From: Zancudomyces culisetae HAW-14-8
Taxonomy: Eukaryota > Fungi > Kickxellomycota
Assembly (NCBI GenBank): GCA_052426225.1
Contig: JBNJNM010000006.1
Location: 248,001-312,000, forward strand
Reading direction: 5' to 3'
DNA: 64,000 nt
The translations under genes were made by a program, and so were the position numbers. Of the stretch, positions 43,347-56,600 are shown one piece after another. The notes below the pieces were generated by a model, which saw only the letters and a list, made by a program, of their open reading frames with translations, made no database searches and was not told where the DNA came from. Position 1 is the stretch's first letter; each line of letters starts with the position of its first letter.

Positions 43347-45268
43347 TTATTTATTTTAATTTTTGTACAACAAATGCTATTCTCTTATAATCTATTATAC
43401 TTTGTTTTAACTCTTGCTAAACTTTTTAATATTTTCTAGAATAAGCGTAGTTTTTATTTATTTTATTTTACTTTATTTTATGTTTTATAGCTTTTATATT
43501 CCTATTTTCTGTGCGGGGTTGTAGGAAAATGGTGAGGAATAAAAATTAAAAGAGTTGGAAATTAATTCTTTGAAAAGTTGAAGATTACCTTCCAATAATA
43601 TTCAAGCATTCTATATACAACAGAACAAAAAACTGTGCTTGCGTAATACAACAGAATTCATATATTCAAAAAAATAAGAAAGAAAGGAAAGGAAAAGAAA
43701 TAAAACCTCGCTGTTCATTTGCTACATGTTCCCTCCACTCGTTTCAATTCTTGTTTATTTTTTTACATTTTGCAGTTTCTTCATTTTTGGCTATACATAA
43801 TTTAGCTTTAAGTAATATAGTTTGCAAAGCAAAAATAAGAGTAAAAGTAAAAATTAAATAAATAAAAATATAAATAGACGAAAATCCAAGCTCTAGCTTG
43901 GAACTTGCTTATTGATTAAAAAAGATTAGTAAAACTACATTTTCATCGAATAGAAAGAGACAAATAAATCACCGCCTCAAACAAGAGCCAATTAAAAAAT
44001 AATAAAAATAAAATGACTCGCATTCCTTTCTTTCTTTTCATGCTGTTTTTTGATGGCGAATTTTTTATATAAAACGGAACAAATGTATTTTTTTTTTGTT
44101 TCAATTTCCTGCCATCCACCCTTTTCGTTAAATAAAACGTTGCAAACTCACAAAATCAGAAAAGCTTGTCCATTTACTTTTATTTGTATTTTTTTTACAC
44201 AATCTTGGTAACATTCATCATTATTAGTTTAGGGAGTAATTATACTCTAATGATGTTAGAAACCGAGGTATATTCGTTTGAAAAAAATTTATCCTCCGAC
44301 CCCATCTCTGAATATGAAGAATAAAAGATTACAAGTGAATGCTGTCCAACGCCTATCACTCATCACTTTACCACCTGTTTCTTATCTACCAATCCACAAC
44401 CATGTCCATTTTTATAGCTCTACAACTATTAGCACCGCACTCTTTACACTCTATAGTACAAGTCAAACGTGATAAGCCTCTGGTTTATAAGTCCATCCTT
44501 CCTAAATCTTTAATACACGCATGTATTATCTATGTTTTATTTACTAGTGATATTGCGAATTCTCAACTAACGTTTTTAAACTGCTTTTTTTATTATAATT
44601 TCTCTCACTCTTTGTATAAAGAAATAAATGTTTCGAGTTTCTGGTCAGAGAATAGTTGGTGTTCCATATTCGCAATAAAAAAACAAACATTTCAAGCAAA
44701 TCAAAAATATGTTTTAGTGTTCATATTCACATCAAAAAATTAAAAAAATTTGTTGATGTTTACTTGAATTATAAACATGTTATTAATATCGATTATTTAC
44801 CATTTGAATAAAGACTTTCACAGCCAAGAACACCTCAAAAATAAACCTAAAAATTCGTGATTCTTGTTTATGTTTTAGTAGCGTTAAATAATATATATTT
44901 TTAGATAAAGAAAACACCTAGAACTTTTAGAGAAAATACCGGAAATATAAGGCTAGAAACTTCGCGTTTACCTTCATCAACCGTTAATAGCAGTATCTTC
45001 GACAACGGCGAAAAACACAATACGACCTAAAATTTAAGGCACATACACTTGCTACATATACAAAGGTGTAGCATTTGGTGTATTCATACAATATACACCA
45101 ACATCGAATAACAAAGGTCTTTTTTAAATCATTACAACTTTATATTTTTTTTCCATTTAAAAACCCGCTGGTATGTTTTTGTCGAAAAATCCAGATACTT
45201 ATTCATCAATAGAATATAATAACCATAGTTGGTAAGCAAAAAAGAAGGAAAAAAAAAGAATAACAATA

Positions 45269-46958
45269 ATGATAAGTACAAGAACCAGAAGAACACAAGG
45301 CCTGGCCAAAGGCTCGGGCACAAACGAAATTAAAAATGAGTCGCAGGGTAATCAGGTAATCTCAACGACAAATGTGGGGTCAAGAAAAACCGGTACCGGG
45401 CTAGTGCAAAGCACAATCAAAATGGGCGATGGTAGCAATTCTAAGAATAACGTTGATGCAATGCACGAACTCAAGGGTGTATCCCTAGTTATAAAAAAAA
45501 GCTCCGAGGATACGACGGGTGATACTCTTGACTCTTCGTTACAGTCGATTGAGATTGACGGAAGTACTTACTCCTGCGGCGACTGCATCAAGATACATGT
45601 TCCCGACAAATATGTAGATGTTTGCGCGATTATATACAAGTTCTACAAGTTGGATGAGGAGGTGCATGGAGAGGATTCGATTGTTCTGGTTGCAAGACGA
45701 ATGCTCGGATGGAAGAATTTACCAGTTGCTGTCAGAAAGAATATTGGAAAAGAGGAGGTAAATACATAAATGACGAGCTTCTATTATATTCCTAAAATAT
45801 TGAGTCTTTTTTTCTTTTTTAAATTTTTTTTCTTTTATAAAAATTATGGTACTAAACATTATAGGCAGTACTGTACTATTCCGATAAGTTGGATATACTT
45901 GTCAGATCAAACATTATAGAAAAGATCAGAGTATATGACAAGAAGGAATACAATGAACGGAAGGAAGAGCGAAACAGGGAAATACTAAATATTCAAAACG
46001 GGAGCAGCAGTGGAGGCAGACCAGCAGACATATTCTACTGTAGTGCGTATTACAGTTCAAGTGAGAAGGCTGTGAAAGAACTTGGCTGGAATGATGTATA
46101 CGGAGAAGGGAATGTGGTTGACCGGAGGAATGCGAAGGTACTGGATGAAAAGTTTAATTCTGGGTTATTCCCGGACGATCTTCAAGTGTTTTGCAATGGA
46201 AATAGCATACGAACAAAGACGTTGGAAGATCAACAAGTAGTTGTAAGTAGCCAAGACGTTGAGAAAGAAATGGAAAATGAAAAGGAAAAGGAAAAGGAAA
46301 AAGAAAAACAAGATGGCGATACTTCAAAAAAAGCAACAAGCGTGAGAGGAAGAGGAAGGGGAAGAGGAAGAGGAAGAGGTGCAAGTAGAGGTGGGAGAGG
46401 TGGTGGGAGAGGTGGGAGGGTGGCGAAGGGTGTACGGAGTGGTATTTTTGAGGGTGAGAAAGGCCATACTGATGAAGAACTCATAACATCAGATTCACCA
46501 CTATCTAAAATAATGAGGAAAACTCCTGGTAAAGCAAACCGGATACGTATGGACGCTAATACTTTGGAAACAGTTGGTGAACCGTCTGTAATTAAACAAG
46601 TAAGTGATTGTCTTGCAAAAAAAAACATTTATTATAATAATTTTGATAAATTGTACACTGTAAACATATAAATGATAATAACAATAAAATGTATATGTAT
46701 ATGTATTTATGTATAAAGGGACAAGTTACGAATAAAGGAAAGGGGGGAAGACCTAAGGGCGCAGGAAACAAACGCTCAAGAAATGAGAGCACGAATAAAA
46801 ATGAAAGCGAGAGTGAGAGTGAAAGCGAAAGTGATGAGGATAATGACAGTGATTATACTAGCAACAAAAGTACTCGCAATGGAGTCGGTGCCGGTTTTCG
46901 TGTGGGAGGAAAGGCAGGTGGTATTCATCAAAGTGAAAGCGAGAGTGAAAGTGAGAGC

Positions 46959-46989
<31 letters not shown>

Positions 46990-47717
46990 GAGGGGAAAGC
47001 GACGGGAGTATGTTAGATAGTGATGAGGAGTATTTTCGAGGCAAGTTATTATTTTACTTTGTTTTATTTAAATATAAAGAGGACATTAATTAAAAGGAAA
47101 AAGGATATTGTATAACGTAATTAGATCGAAGGTCAATAAAGCAAGCTAGAAAGCGAATCAAGAAAAATCTCCGCATCAATCCCAGAAATATGCAGACAAA
47201 CAAGTAAGAAATCAAAAGAGTTCAATGATAAATTTATCGTATGATCTCAAAAACTAAATCATTGATACGTACTACGATTAGAGCAATTTCAGAAAAGGTG
47301 TGGGAAATGACACGAAAGACCACACAACTACAACTACCTTGGCTTGGGAATATGCCTAACAAAGCAGGACTCAACCGACAACGTAGCGATGCAAACGGTG
47401 GGTTATTGTCTAGTCAACAATCTTTGTATAGCAACGACGATCCGATCTTGGTACAATATCTAACCACACAAAAGAATCTTGAACTATCATCAGCACCTGC
47501 TATACTTCCGTGTCGAGATAATGAATGTACAACTGTACTTATATACTTACAAGAACTACTTGAAGCAGAGAGTAGCGGATGTTTGTATATTTCAGGAGTT
47601 CCAGGAACAGGAAAGACGGCAACAGTTATGAGAGCTATAGACTTGCTGTGTGAATCTCGTTCTGAAAATGTAAGTTTTAACCATTTTGTTTCTGCCTTTT
47701 TTTTCATTTTTCATTTA

Positions 47718-47764
<47 letters not shown>

Positions 47765-49225
47765 TTGGTGCATAAACTTTTATTTTTTGAAGCTTGAATG
47801 ATTTATTAACTCTAAAAATCAAATAATAACGAATAGGAAATCAACGACTTTGAGTTTGTATCTATAAATGGAATGAAGCTAACAGATCCACATCAGTTCT
47901 ATGTGAAGTTGTGGCAGTCAATTAGCCACAATAATTCCAAAGTGACCACGATGCGAGCGGTACAATTACTTGACGAATACTTTTCCCAACCTGTTTTGGC
48001 CAGGGGAAGACCAAAGAAAGGAATGACAGTGTTGCTAGTCGATGAATTGGACGTGCTGGTAACCAAATCGCAAACTGTACTGTACAATCTATTCGAATGG
48101 TCCACACGAGCAACTTCTCAGCTGATTGTAATTAGTATTGCAAACACCATGAATCTTCCTGAACGCATGTTGCACCACAAAATTTCCAGCCGTTTAGGTC
48201 TCAAGCGTCTTAATTTTATGCCCTATACCCATGATCAGCTAGCCCATATTGTACTCTCTCGCATTGACAACAGCCCAGTATTTGATCGCGATGCTGTCCA
48301 ACTCTGTGCCCGCAAAATTAGTGCTGTCTCTGGTGATGCTCGACGAGCCCTTGAGATATGTCGCCGTGCTGTCGAGATAGCTGAGGCTGAATATAAACAA
48401 TCTATCAAGACCAATCCAACTCTTAATCCTAATCCTAATCCAAATCCTAACCCAAGCATAAGTCCAATTCCAAATACAATTCCAAATACAAATTCAAATC
48501 CAAATCCAAATACAAACTTTAACCTTAATTTAATCCCAAATCATAACCCAAATTCCAATCACACTTTTACTTCCTCATCTATCGCTACAAACCTCGATAA
48601 TTCAGATGCAAAGGAAAAGAATGAATCATCTGATACCACCGCAACCTCAGACAAACCCAGCACTGGCCTCAAACCAAACCAAACCAAGCTCGTCAAAGTT
48701 ACTGTAAACACCATCGATCAAGTGATCCGCGAAATTTACGCGCAAGGCTATATCCCCATTATCCAGAATTGCAGTGCTCATCAAAAGCTGTTCTTTTTGG
48801 CACTGAGATCAGCGCTACGGTCCACTGGTACTCCCGAAGCCCCAATTTTGGACATTTACAATGTGCATACCAGTATGGCCAGCATGTACAACCATACCAT
48901 ACTTAACCTCCAGCAATTCATCAACCTGACATTGGATCTGTACCATTTGGGCTGTATTGCCCTCCAAGGCTCATGTTCGACATCTATTATGACTGGTGGT
49001 GGAAATAGTGGAAATGTCGGTGGTGGAAGCGCTTCTGGATATTCTGGATTTAGTAATGCTGGTAGTGGAAACTCAGTTACTAGTTCGATGACTATTGGTG
49101 CGGGTTATGGAACCGTTACAATGACTGTATCTCAATATTCTCTTGTTAAACTTAATATTAGTGATGACGATGTTGTAATCGCTTTAAAATCCGATCCTGT
49201 ATTTGGGAAGTCTGTTGATGGATAA
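45269..49225 (+). CDS. ORC1: Origin recognition complex subunit 1 (BAH-like N-terminus + AAA+), multi-exon
   Basis: LPCRDNE, LYISGVPGTGKTATV, LLVDELD, IANTMNLPER, KISSRLG, VSGDARRALEICRRA. Confidence 0.92.
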
Positions 49226-49467
49226 ATTGATTCAAGATCTATTTCGTCTTTTCTAGTTTTATTTGTTGTTAATTTTTTATATTTGGTTGTAGTATGCACG
49301 TATACATGATTTATTCTGTTTAATTACTTTTCATTACTTTTTTATTTTTAAATTCTCAAAACACCATTGCAAATTATTATAAGCTGATATATACATTACT
49401 AATGGCCAATAAATGCTGTTTTAAATTGGAAAAAAAAATAATGTAATTAAAATAAATGGCAGGACAT

Positions 49468-51039
49468 TTAAAAGAGTTCTGGAATAGCCTTTGGCAAATC
49501 ATATATTTCATCAATACGAGAACCCTGGTGGTGACCTATATCAAGGTCTATAGATGTGTCGGGTGTTTGGAGCGACAAGAGAACTGTGTTCCACCCCATC
49601 TTCTGCGCACCCACAATGTTTTTGACTGAATCATCGACTAGATAACACTTTTTGGGATCACTGATTCCCGCCCGCTCCATTGTTCTTTTGAAAGACTTGG
49701 AATCTATACCAGTATCAACGTTATATTATCAATAAATAAGATCTTTATATTTCTAAAGTCAATGATCGGTGAGTTGATTGTAATTCCTCATATGTCGGGA
49801 AAAGGGTTACATGTGTCTAAATAGAAGAAATGAAAAATAAAATAAAATAAAATAAAATAAAAGAGGCTTACCTGGTTTACAAGTAAAGTTTGGTTCGGTA
49901 TAATCACAATACACAATCTCCTCAAACAAATCGTAGACCCCAAGCGTTTTCAACACTCTGGTAGCATGCTAAATTTATATTTTAAACGTCAATCCTTATA
50001 GCTTTAGACTTGTTTTAGTACAAGTAAGAGATAATAACAAATATCTATTAATATCCTTACTGGCAACATGGCGTTGGTATATGCCCACCTGCGTGCCTTA
50101 CACCTACTAATCATCTCTCGTAGTTTAGGATCCTTTTTTATTAGCTTTTCAATCGGTAAACTTTGATCCACCTTTTTGTCTATTATTATATAATTATGTA
50201 TTCAAATTCAGATAGATATTCAAAAATATTACATATTTTTTTACAAAAGTAGTTAAAAACGTTTTAATATTTTAATACTTACCATAGTCCACAGGATCGA
50301 TTTCTATAACAATAAAAAAGTACGCATAAAGATTAGTATTATTATAAAAAGTATTAATAAACTTGCTCCAATTCAAAAATCATATCACTGTCCACAAATA
50401 CAAGAGTTCGAGATAATAAAAGCACATTTCTATACTTGAGTAGATATGAACGAGTATAATCGAATATAGAATGCTTACCATGGTGTAGTATAAGTCCTCT
50501 AACTGCCAATCCGTAATCCTTAGTGTATCGGTGCGTCAATTCTACAACTATTTTTTTTTTCAATCATCTTTATTATACACTATGCTACAATAAGTATTTT
50601 GTAGCTCTCTTGTCTGAATATAGAATATTCCATGATAATATTTAAAAGGAGATAGTGAAGGATTATTACTTACCACTTTCATGAGATATTCCAATAGATT
50701 TACCATATTCATAAATCCTAATTTCGTACACACAAACACAAAATTATAAGATTGTATACCAGATAAAAAACCCAGTATTATCCATCTAAACATAATTGAA
50801 ATTAAATAGCGATGGAACTTGTTGTTTTACCTGTCCTTCATAAACTGTTCGATCCCAGAATTCCGATGGTACAGACAATTATCAATATCGAAAAACATTA
50901 CACATTGGGTTGGATCAAAATCAGACATTTTATCACCAACATTGCTACTGGCGTCGCTTTGAGAATTTGGTTGGGTGTGGGTACCAACAGTGGCATCATT
51001 CTGTACCCTCTCATGGTATTCACTTACGTTTAGTACCAT
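49468..51039 (-). CDS. SDT1: Pyrimidine 5'-nucleotidase Sdt1/Phm8 (HAD family), multi-exon
   Basis: FFDIDNCLY, YTKDYGLAVRGL, YTNA, CKP, LVDDSVKNIVGAQKMGW. Confidence 0.9.
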
Positions 51040-53208
51040 TTTTGAAAATAATTTATTTGGTCGCAATGATAATGTCGTATTGGTGTGGATAATTTAGCTA
51101 GTAAATAATGTATAAAGTTGGTATTGTCGTAGTTTGTGGGTTTGACAAATAAATTATATACAAAATTTGTTAGTCTGGGGTAAATTGAATTTCACATGGT
51201 ATACTTTTTTTGACAGACTTGTTAAAATTATAATATTACTAATATCAAATCAATTGACTAATCAAAATAGATTTGTTTAATTAAACTACCAATAAAAACA
51301 AATAAAATTGTAGTAACACTAATATAAGTGATAAAAGTAATAATAAATGAGTAAGGATAATTCAAGTCGAAGTTTACTAATGCAATAAATTAATATATTA
51401 ACAGCTATATTAAATTAAGGAATGACTTGAATTATCACCATAATAACAAAGTTTTAAAATAAATTTATAAATAAAGCTTTAGATTGATGCTAAATACTAA
51501 CTAAACCATGATAATCAGGCTTAAAGAAAATTTATAGTAAAGGTAAATGATATTTTATGATTAAAGCTAGCTCGCAAATCTGTCCAAACTTGAATAGATG
51601 TAGGCTTATAATTGTTTACGTATCATAAAGTTAAAAAGTAACATTTAGGTATTTCTCATTTCAAATAAAACATAATCGCGTTAATGGGTTGAGCTTTATA
51701 ATATATTGAAAACCTAAACCTCAGTTTTGAAAAAATTTCTATCTAAGAATATTTAAGATTAATGATATATGTCAATTATAAATCAAAAACTATTTAAGAA
51801 GGTATATTTAACATATAAAACTTGGTATTATTATATTAAATTCTACTTTAAATAGTATTTTAATAATATTGAGATCTAACAAACAAATTTATCCAAGTTG
51901 ATCCATTAAATAATCTGAATATTAAAAGTAAATACTGATACTTGTTATATTTAACTCAATAAACTTGAATGTAAAATTATAAAATTTAACAAATATTAAA
52001 ATCGTGATTAATATACCTCCTACACTCGTACAATAGTAAATAAATTTCGATTCTAGGCTAAATTCTACTACCCAGATGGTAAAATCAAATATATGAATAA
52101 AACTAATTATTTAAAAACTTGTAATTTATATCTATAACAAAAAACAGTGATGAAAGCAATAAGGATTAACACGACTAATTTTTAACAAACTATTTCATTC
52201 ATCACTATTTTACAACAAAAATATTTAATTAATTTATCTCCTATTAAATAAAGATATGATATTGTTATTTCAATATATACACTAAAAATATTACAACATA
52301 TTTATAATCAATCCAGAATTTGCAAAAGTTTGGAAAATACTTATTGCAACCCTATCCAACTAAAAAGTTATACATAAATTGGTTAAATTTGTAGCCTAAA
52401 CAAATAACTGTTGATATAAATTGTTAATGAGATGGTTGAGTTTAGGCAACACTAAATCTATGAATATATACTAAGCTTGCGGATACTAAACTAATTTTGT
52501 TTGCTGTTATTAAATATGTTCATCTACTTTTATATGGTGGAAATATTAATTAAACGCGAATAAAAAAATCGAGAAATATATTTTGCTGATCAATTTATAC
52601 TAATCATTCAGTGTAAAGTGTATTCAAAATAAAATGTTAATCTACTTGTTGCTTTCCAAAATAGTATAATAGAAAATAATAACATTAAACTACTAAAAAT
52701 ATATAAAGTGTTCGAGGTTGTAATTTATAGTAGATGTTATTAATTATAGGAAAAATTTTCAGATAATGTGATGGCAGTGTTAGAATAGCACTGATAATGT
52801 CAGTTATACTCAGGTCTCGGATCACTTCACTAGTTCTGTTTGCCGTATGAAGAATGTTTTGCATCAATTTATTATTGTTATAATACTAATAAAACACACT
52901 AAGTAAACTATATCAGTAAGGTGCTATTTTCAATTATTAAGTATATAAAACGTATATGTAAAGTATATTCTTGTTAGAAAGGCTACAGATGCTATTTTCG
53001 TTGTCCGCTCTTGTTTTATTCGGTTTGTTATTCACTTTACTATCTTAGATCATTTTTACTATATATTCTGCTAGCTATCATTGGTAGTTATATTCTACTA
53101 AGGAATCGAAATATATTCGCTAACAAAAAGTATAAAACCAATATACTACAGTTGTAGTAAAAAAATGGTAAAACAATAATTGACTTTACAAAAAAAGTAG
53201 AAAAGATA

Positions 53209-53281
53209 AACCCAACGCGGGGGTCGAACCCGCAACCTTGAGATTAAGAGTCTCACGCTCTACCGATTGAGCTAGCCGGGC
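53209..53281 (-). tRNA. tRNA-Lys(CTT)
   Basis: GCCCGGCTAGCTCAATCGGTAGAGCGTGAGACTCTTAATCTCAAGGTTGCGGGTTCGACCCCCGCGTTGGGTT folds as a cloverleaf with anticodon CTT. Confidence 0.96.
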
Positions 53282-53283
53282 AA

Positions 53284-53355
53284 TGGAGAATGCGAGGATC
53301 GAACACGCGGCCTCTCGCATGCAAAGCGAGCGCCCTACCACTGAGCTAATTCCCC
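53284..53355 (-). tRNA. tRNA-Ala(TGC)
   Basis: GGGGAATTAGCTCAGTGGTAGGGCGCTCGCTTTGCATGCGAGAGGCCGCGTGTTCGATCCTCGCATTCTCCA; G3:U70 Ala identity pair; one T-stem mismatch. Confidence 0.93.
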
Positions 53356-53363
53356 TGTTGTCG

Positions 53364-53694
53364 TGTTAACTAAAATGTTTATATTTACTACTTAACTATA
53401 CTATATAAGTAACTTACTGTATGTTTGGTATTTATACTTATTAAAACTTATATCTATTTTAATATTCTGTTAAGCTTATTTTATTTAAATTTCAAGTGGG
53501 CGTTTGCTTTAACCCCAAAAACTTTTCGATAATTATTATTCAAAACACTAATTAATAAATCCATGGACAAAACCACAGGGGGAAAAAAGTCCAATCTAAA
53601 AATAAAGATAACTATACTATAATTTAACTACAATAAAATATTGAGATTTGAAATCTCAATGCATTAAGAGTTCTAATCGTATTACTATACGACA
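53364..53694 (-). repeat. 3' LTR of unit 0
   Basis: Identical by eye to 59056-59386; on the element strand it follows the G-rich PPT-like GGGGCCGGGGTTC (53695-53707). Confidence 0.95.
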
Positions 53695-56600
53695 GAACCC
53701 CGGCCCCAGATTGGGCTTACCCTCTCTCTGAATCTTCTTAACTTAGACTTGAGTGTATTTGAAACCTCAGGTACCATGTATTGACTGTGGTGAAACTTTT
53801 TTAACATATCGCCGTGCACAAGGTCACGGTTTCCTTCGTTATCAGCTATGACGTAGGTTCCATAATTGAGTACCCTCTCTACCTGATAAGGGCTTTCCCA
53901 TATCCGTTCCAGTTTGCTCAACTGTTGCTCATTCGCTTTCATTACCATATCGCCAATTTTAAATCGTGACTCTATTATATTTTTGTCATAGGCAAGCTTC
54001 TCACTTTCTTTGGCCTGTATACTATTCTCTAATCCGTTGTTTCTCATTTCAGGAATTTCTGTATTCATGCTCTCTATTCTTTCACGAATTGCAATTTCCC
54101 AATTGTCAGTTTCAGGCGGCGGAGTCCAGATAGATGGTGTAGCGAGTCTTACGCCATAGAGAAGTTCGGCTGGGCTATATTTTGTAGCACGGTTTCTCAT
54201 GGTACGTATTGCAAGAAGTGACTTCCATAAATATGCATCCCAGTTGTCTTTGTCTTTCATGCATTGTTTAATCAGAACGTTTTTCAGGGTCTGGTTGAAA
54301 CGTTCTACTTGGCCATTAGATTGTGGCCTGTATGAAGTCGTCGGCGTGTGTTTTATCTGTAGAAACTCATACACGTTTTGTGCCACCTCTCCTAAGAATC
54401 CTGCTCCTCTATCAGTTATTATTTGTGCTGGAACTCCGAACTCTTGAACTATTTTAGTAATAGTAAAATTAACCACAGTTTCTGATCTGATATTACTTAC
54501 TGCTTGTGCAACGGGCCATTTTGTAAGATAATCAATTCCCGTCAAGATAAATCTATTTCCCGATTTAGAAACAGGGTTTATAGGTCCAACTGCGTCCAAC
54601 CCAAAAATTTCAAATGGTCTTCGTCCAACTATAGGAGTTAGTTTACTCCTCTTGACTCTGTTTCCCTTATAGTATTGGCATTTCAAACACTCCATCACAA
54701 CGTTCTTTACCACCTCATATAATCCTTCTCCTGAATATCTTTGTGTTACTGTCCTCCACGTATTTTCGATCCCATGGTGTGATTCCTCATGCACTGTCTT
54801 TACTATATCATGTATATTACGCTCATGTAATACTTCTTTTAAAGTTCCTTTAGACCTTTTGTATAGCGTTTCTCCTCTCAATGTGTATTTTCTAGCTTTA
54901 TTTCTTAACTTTTTACGAAAAGCTTCATCGGCACCCGATGGATAATTGAAGTTTTGTAAATATTCTTTTATCGCGCTGAAATATAGATAATCCAACGTAA
55001 AGATGTCTATGGGTTCTTCTTCCTTTGCTTCTACTACATTTTCGAGTCTTGATAGTGCATCTGCCGGATTTGTCTTACCTGCTATATGGACAATAGTATA
55101 ATTATAATTTCTGAGAATCATAGCCCATCGCGCTATTCTTCCCGTAATATCTTTACTATTGAACAGCTGCATCAAAGACTTATGGTCAGTCTTTATAGTA
55201 AAATTTTTTCCGTACAAATAGTACTTAAATTTGTTTACTGCCCATATGACAGCAAGTCCTTCTAGATGTGATACAGAATAGTTTCTTTCATGCTGGTTGG
55301 TGATCCTGCTGATGTACGAAATCGGTTTCTCCCCGTCTTCAAATGATTGGGATAAAATGGCTCCAATACCATTCACACTGGCATCTGTAGTCAAAATGAA
55401 CTCCTTATCCCAGTTAGGATGTGATAAGGTGGGGGCACTACAGAGCATATCCTTCAGCTTTTTTACGGCCTCTTCGCATTCCTGTGACCAATTCCACACA
55501 CTTCCTTTTTTCAATAACTTCAGTAGAGGAGATGTTATCGTTGCATAACCTTCTACAAACTTACGGTAATATCCTGTAAGTCCGAGAAATGCCTGAAGTT
55601 CTTTGACACTTGTTGGGTTTTTAGTCTTCATAACTGCTTGGATTTTAATGGGGCTTGTACCTATCCCTTGACTAGAAATGACGTGTCCAAGATATTCTAG
55701 CCTTTTCATTCCTAGTTTACACTTATCATTATGGAGCTGTATCTGGCTAGTTCTAAGTAGGCAAAACACTTCTTGTAAATCCTCCAAGTGTTGGTTTATT
55801 GTTTTGGAGAAAACTATCACATCATCAATGAAAACTACGGCTGTTTTCCATAACACACGTGCTAGGGCTTTCTCCATCAATCTCTGGAAGGAAGCTGGAC
55901 TATTAGTCAAACCGAATGGCATGACGTTGTAACAATAGCTACCACTTCCAGGGATTGAGAAGGCTGTTTTATCTCTATCTGCTGCAGCCATTCGGATTTG
56001 CCAAAACCCGCTTCTCGCATCGAGGCTGCTGAATATTATTGATCCTGAAAGGGCCATAAATATGTCCTCGATGGTTGGCAGAGGATAGCAATCTTTCTTC
56101 GTCACACTATTCAACTTCCTGTAGTCTGCACAGATTCTGAGTTTCCCGTCTTTTTTCCAGACTGCGACTACAGGAGAACACCATTCTGACATACATGGCG
56201 TTATCACTCCATTTGCTGCCATAACCTCTAATTCTGTCATCACTTTTTCCCTGAGATGGTGGGGAATGCGATAGGGCTTTTGCTTGATTGGTCTCTCTTC
56301 TGTCAAGGTAATCGTGTGTTCAACCAAGTCGGTTTGTTTTAATTCCTCTATCTCACTAATGAATAAGTCTTTGTTTCTTTCTTTCACTTCTTGTATTCTG
56401 GGGTCATCAAATTGGTCAGTCATGTTGATATCTATGTTTTCCTTGAAAATAATGAACAACTCAGTAAGCTCGCCTTGTGGTACGCCAGGTAACTTGGTGG
56501 ATATTGAAATGATGACATCTGCTTGTTCCTTGGGTAATGTCAGTTCCTTTGTAGACATGTCCAACTTCACTTGGTGCTCAACAAACCAATCCGTTCCTAA

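Noticed and set aside
44950-45020. E2F/MCB-like sites (TTCGCGT, CGGCGAAAA) upstream of ORC1
   Set aside because: Plausible for a replication gene, but too short to support without conservation data.
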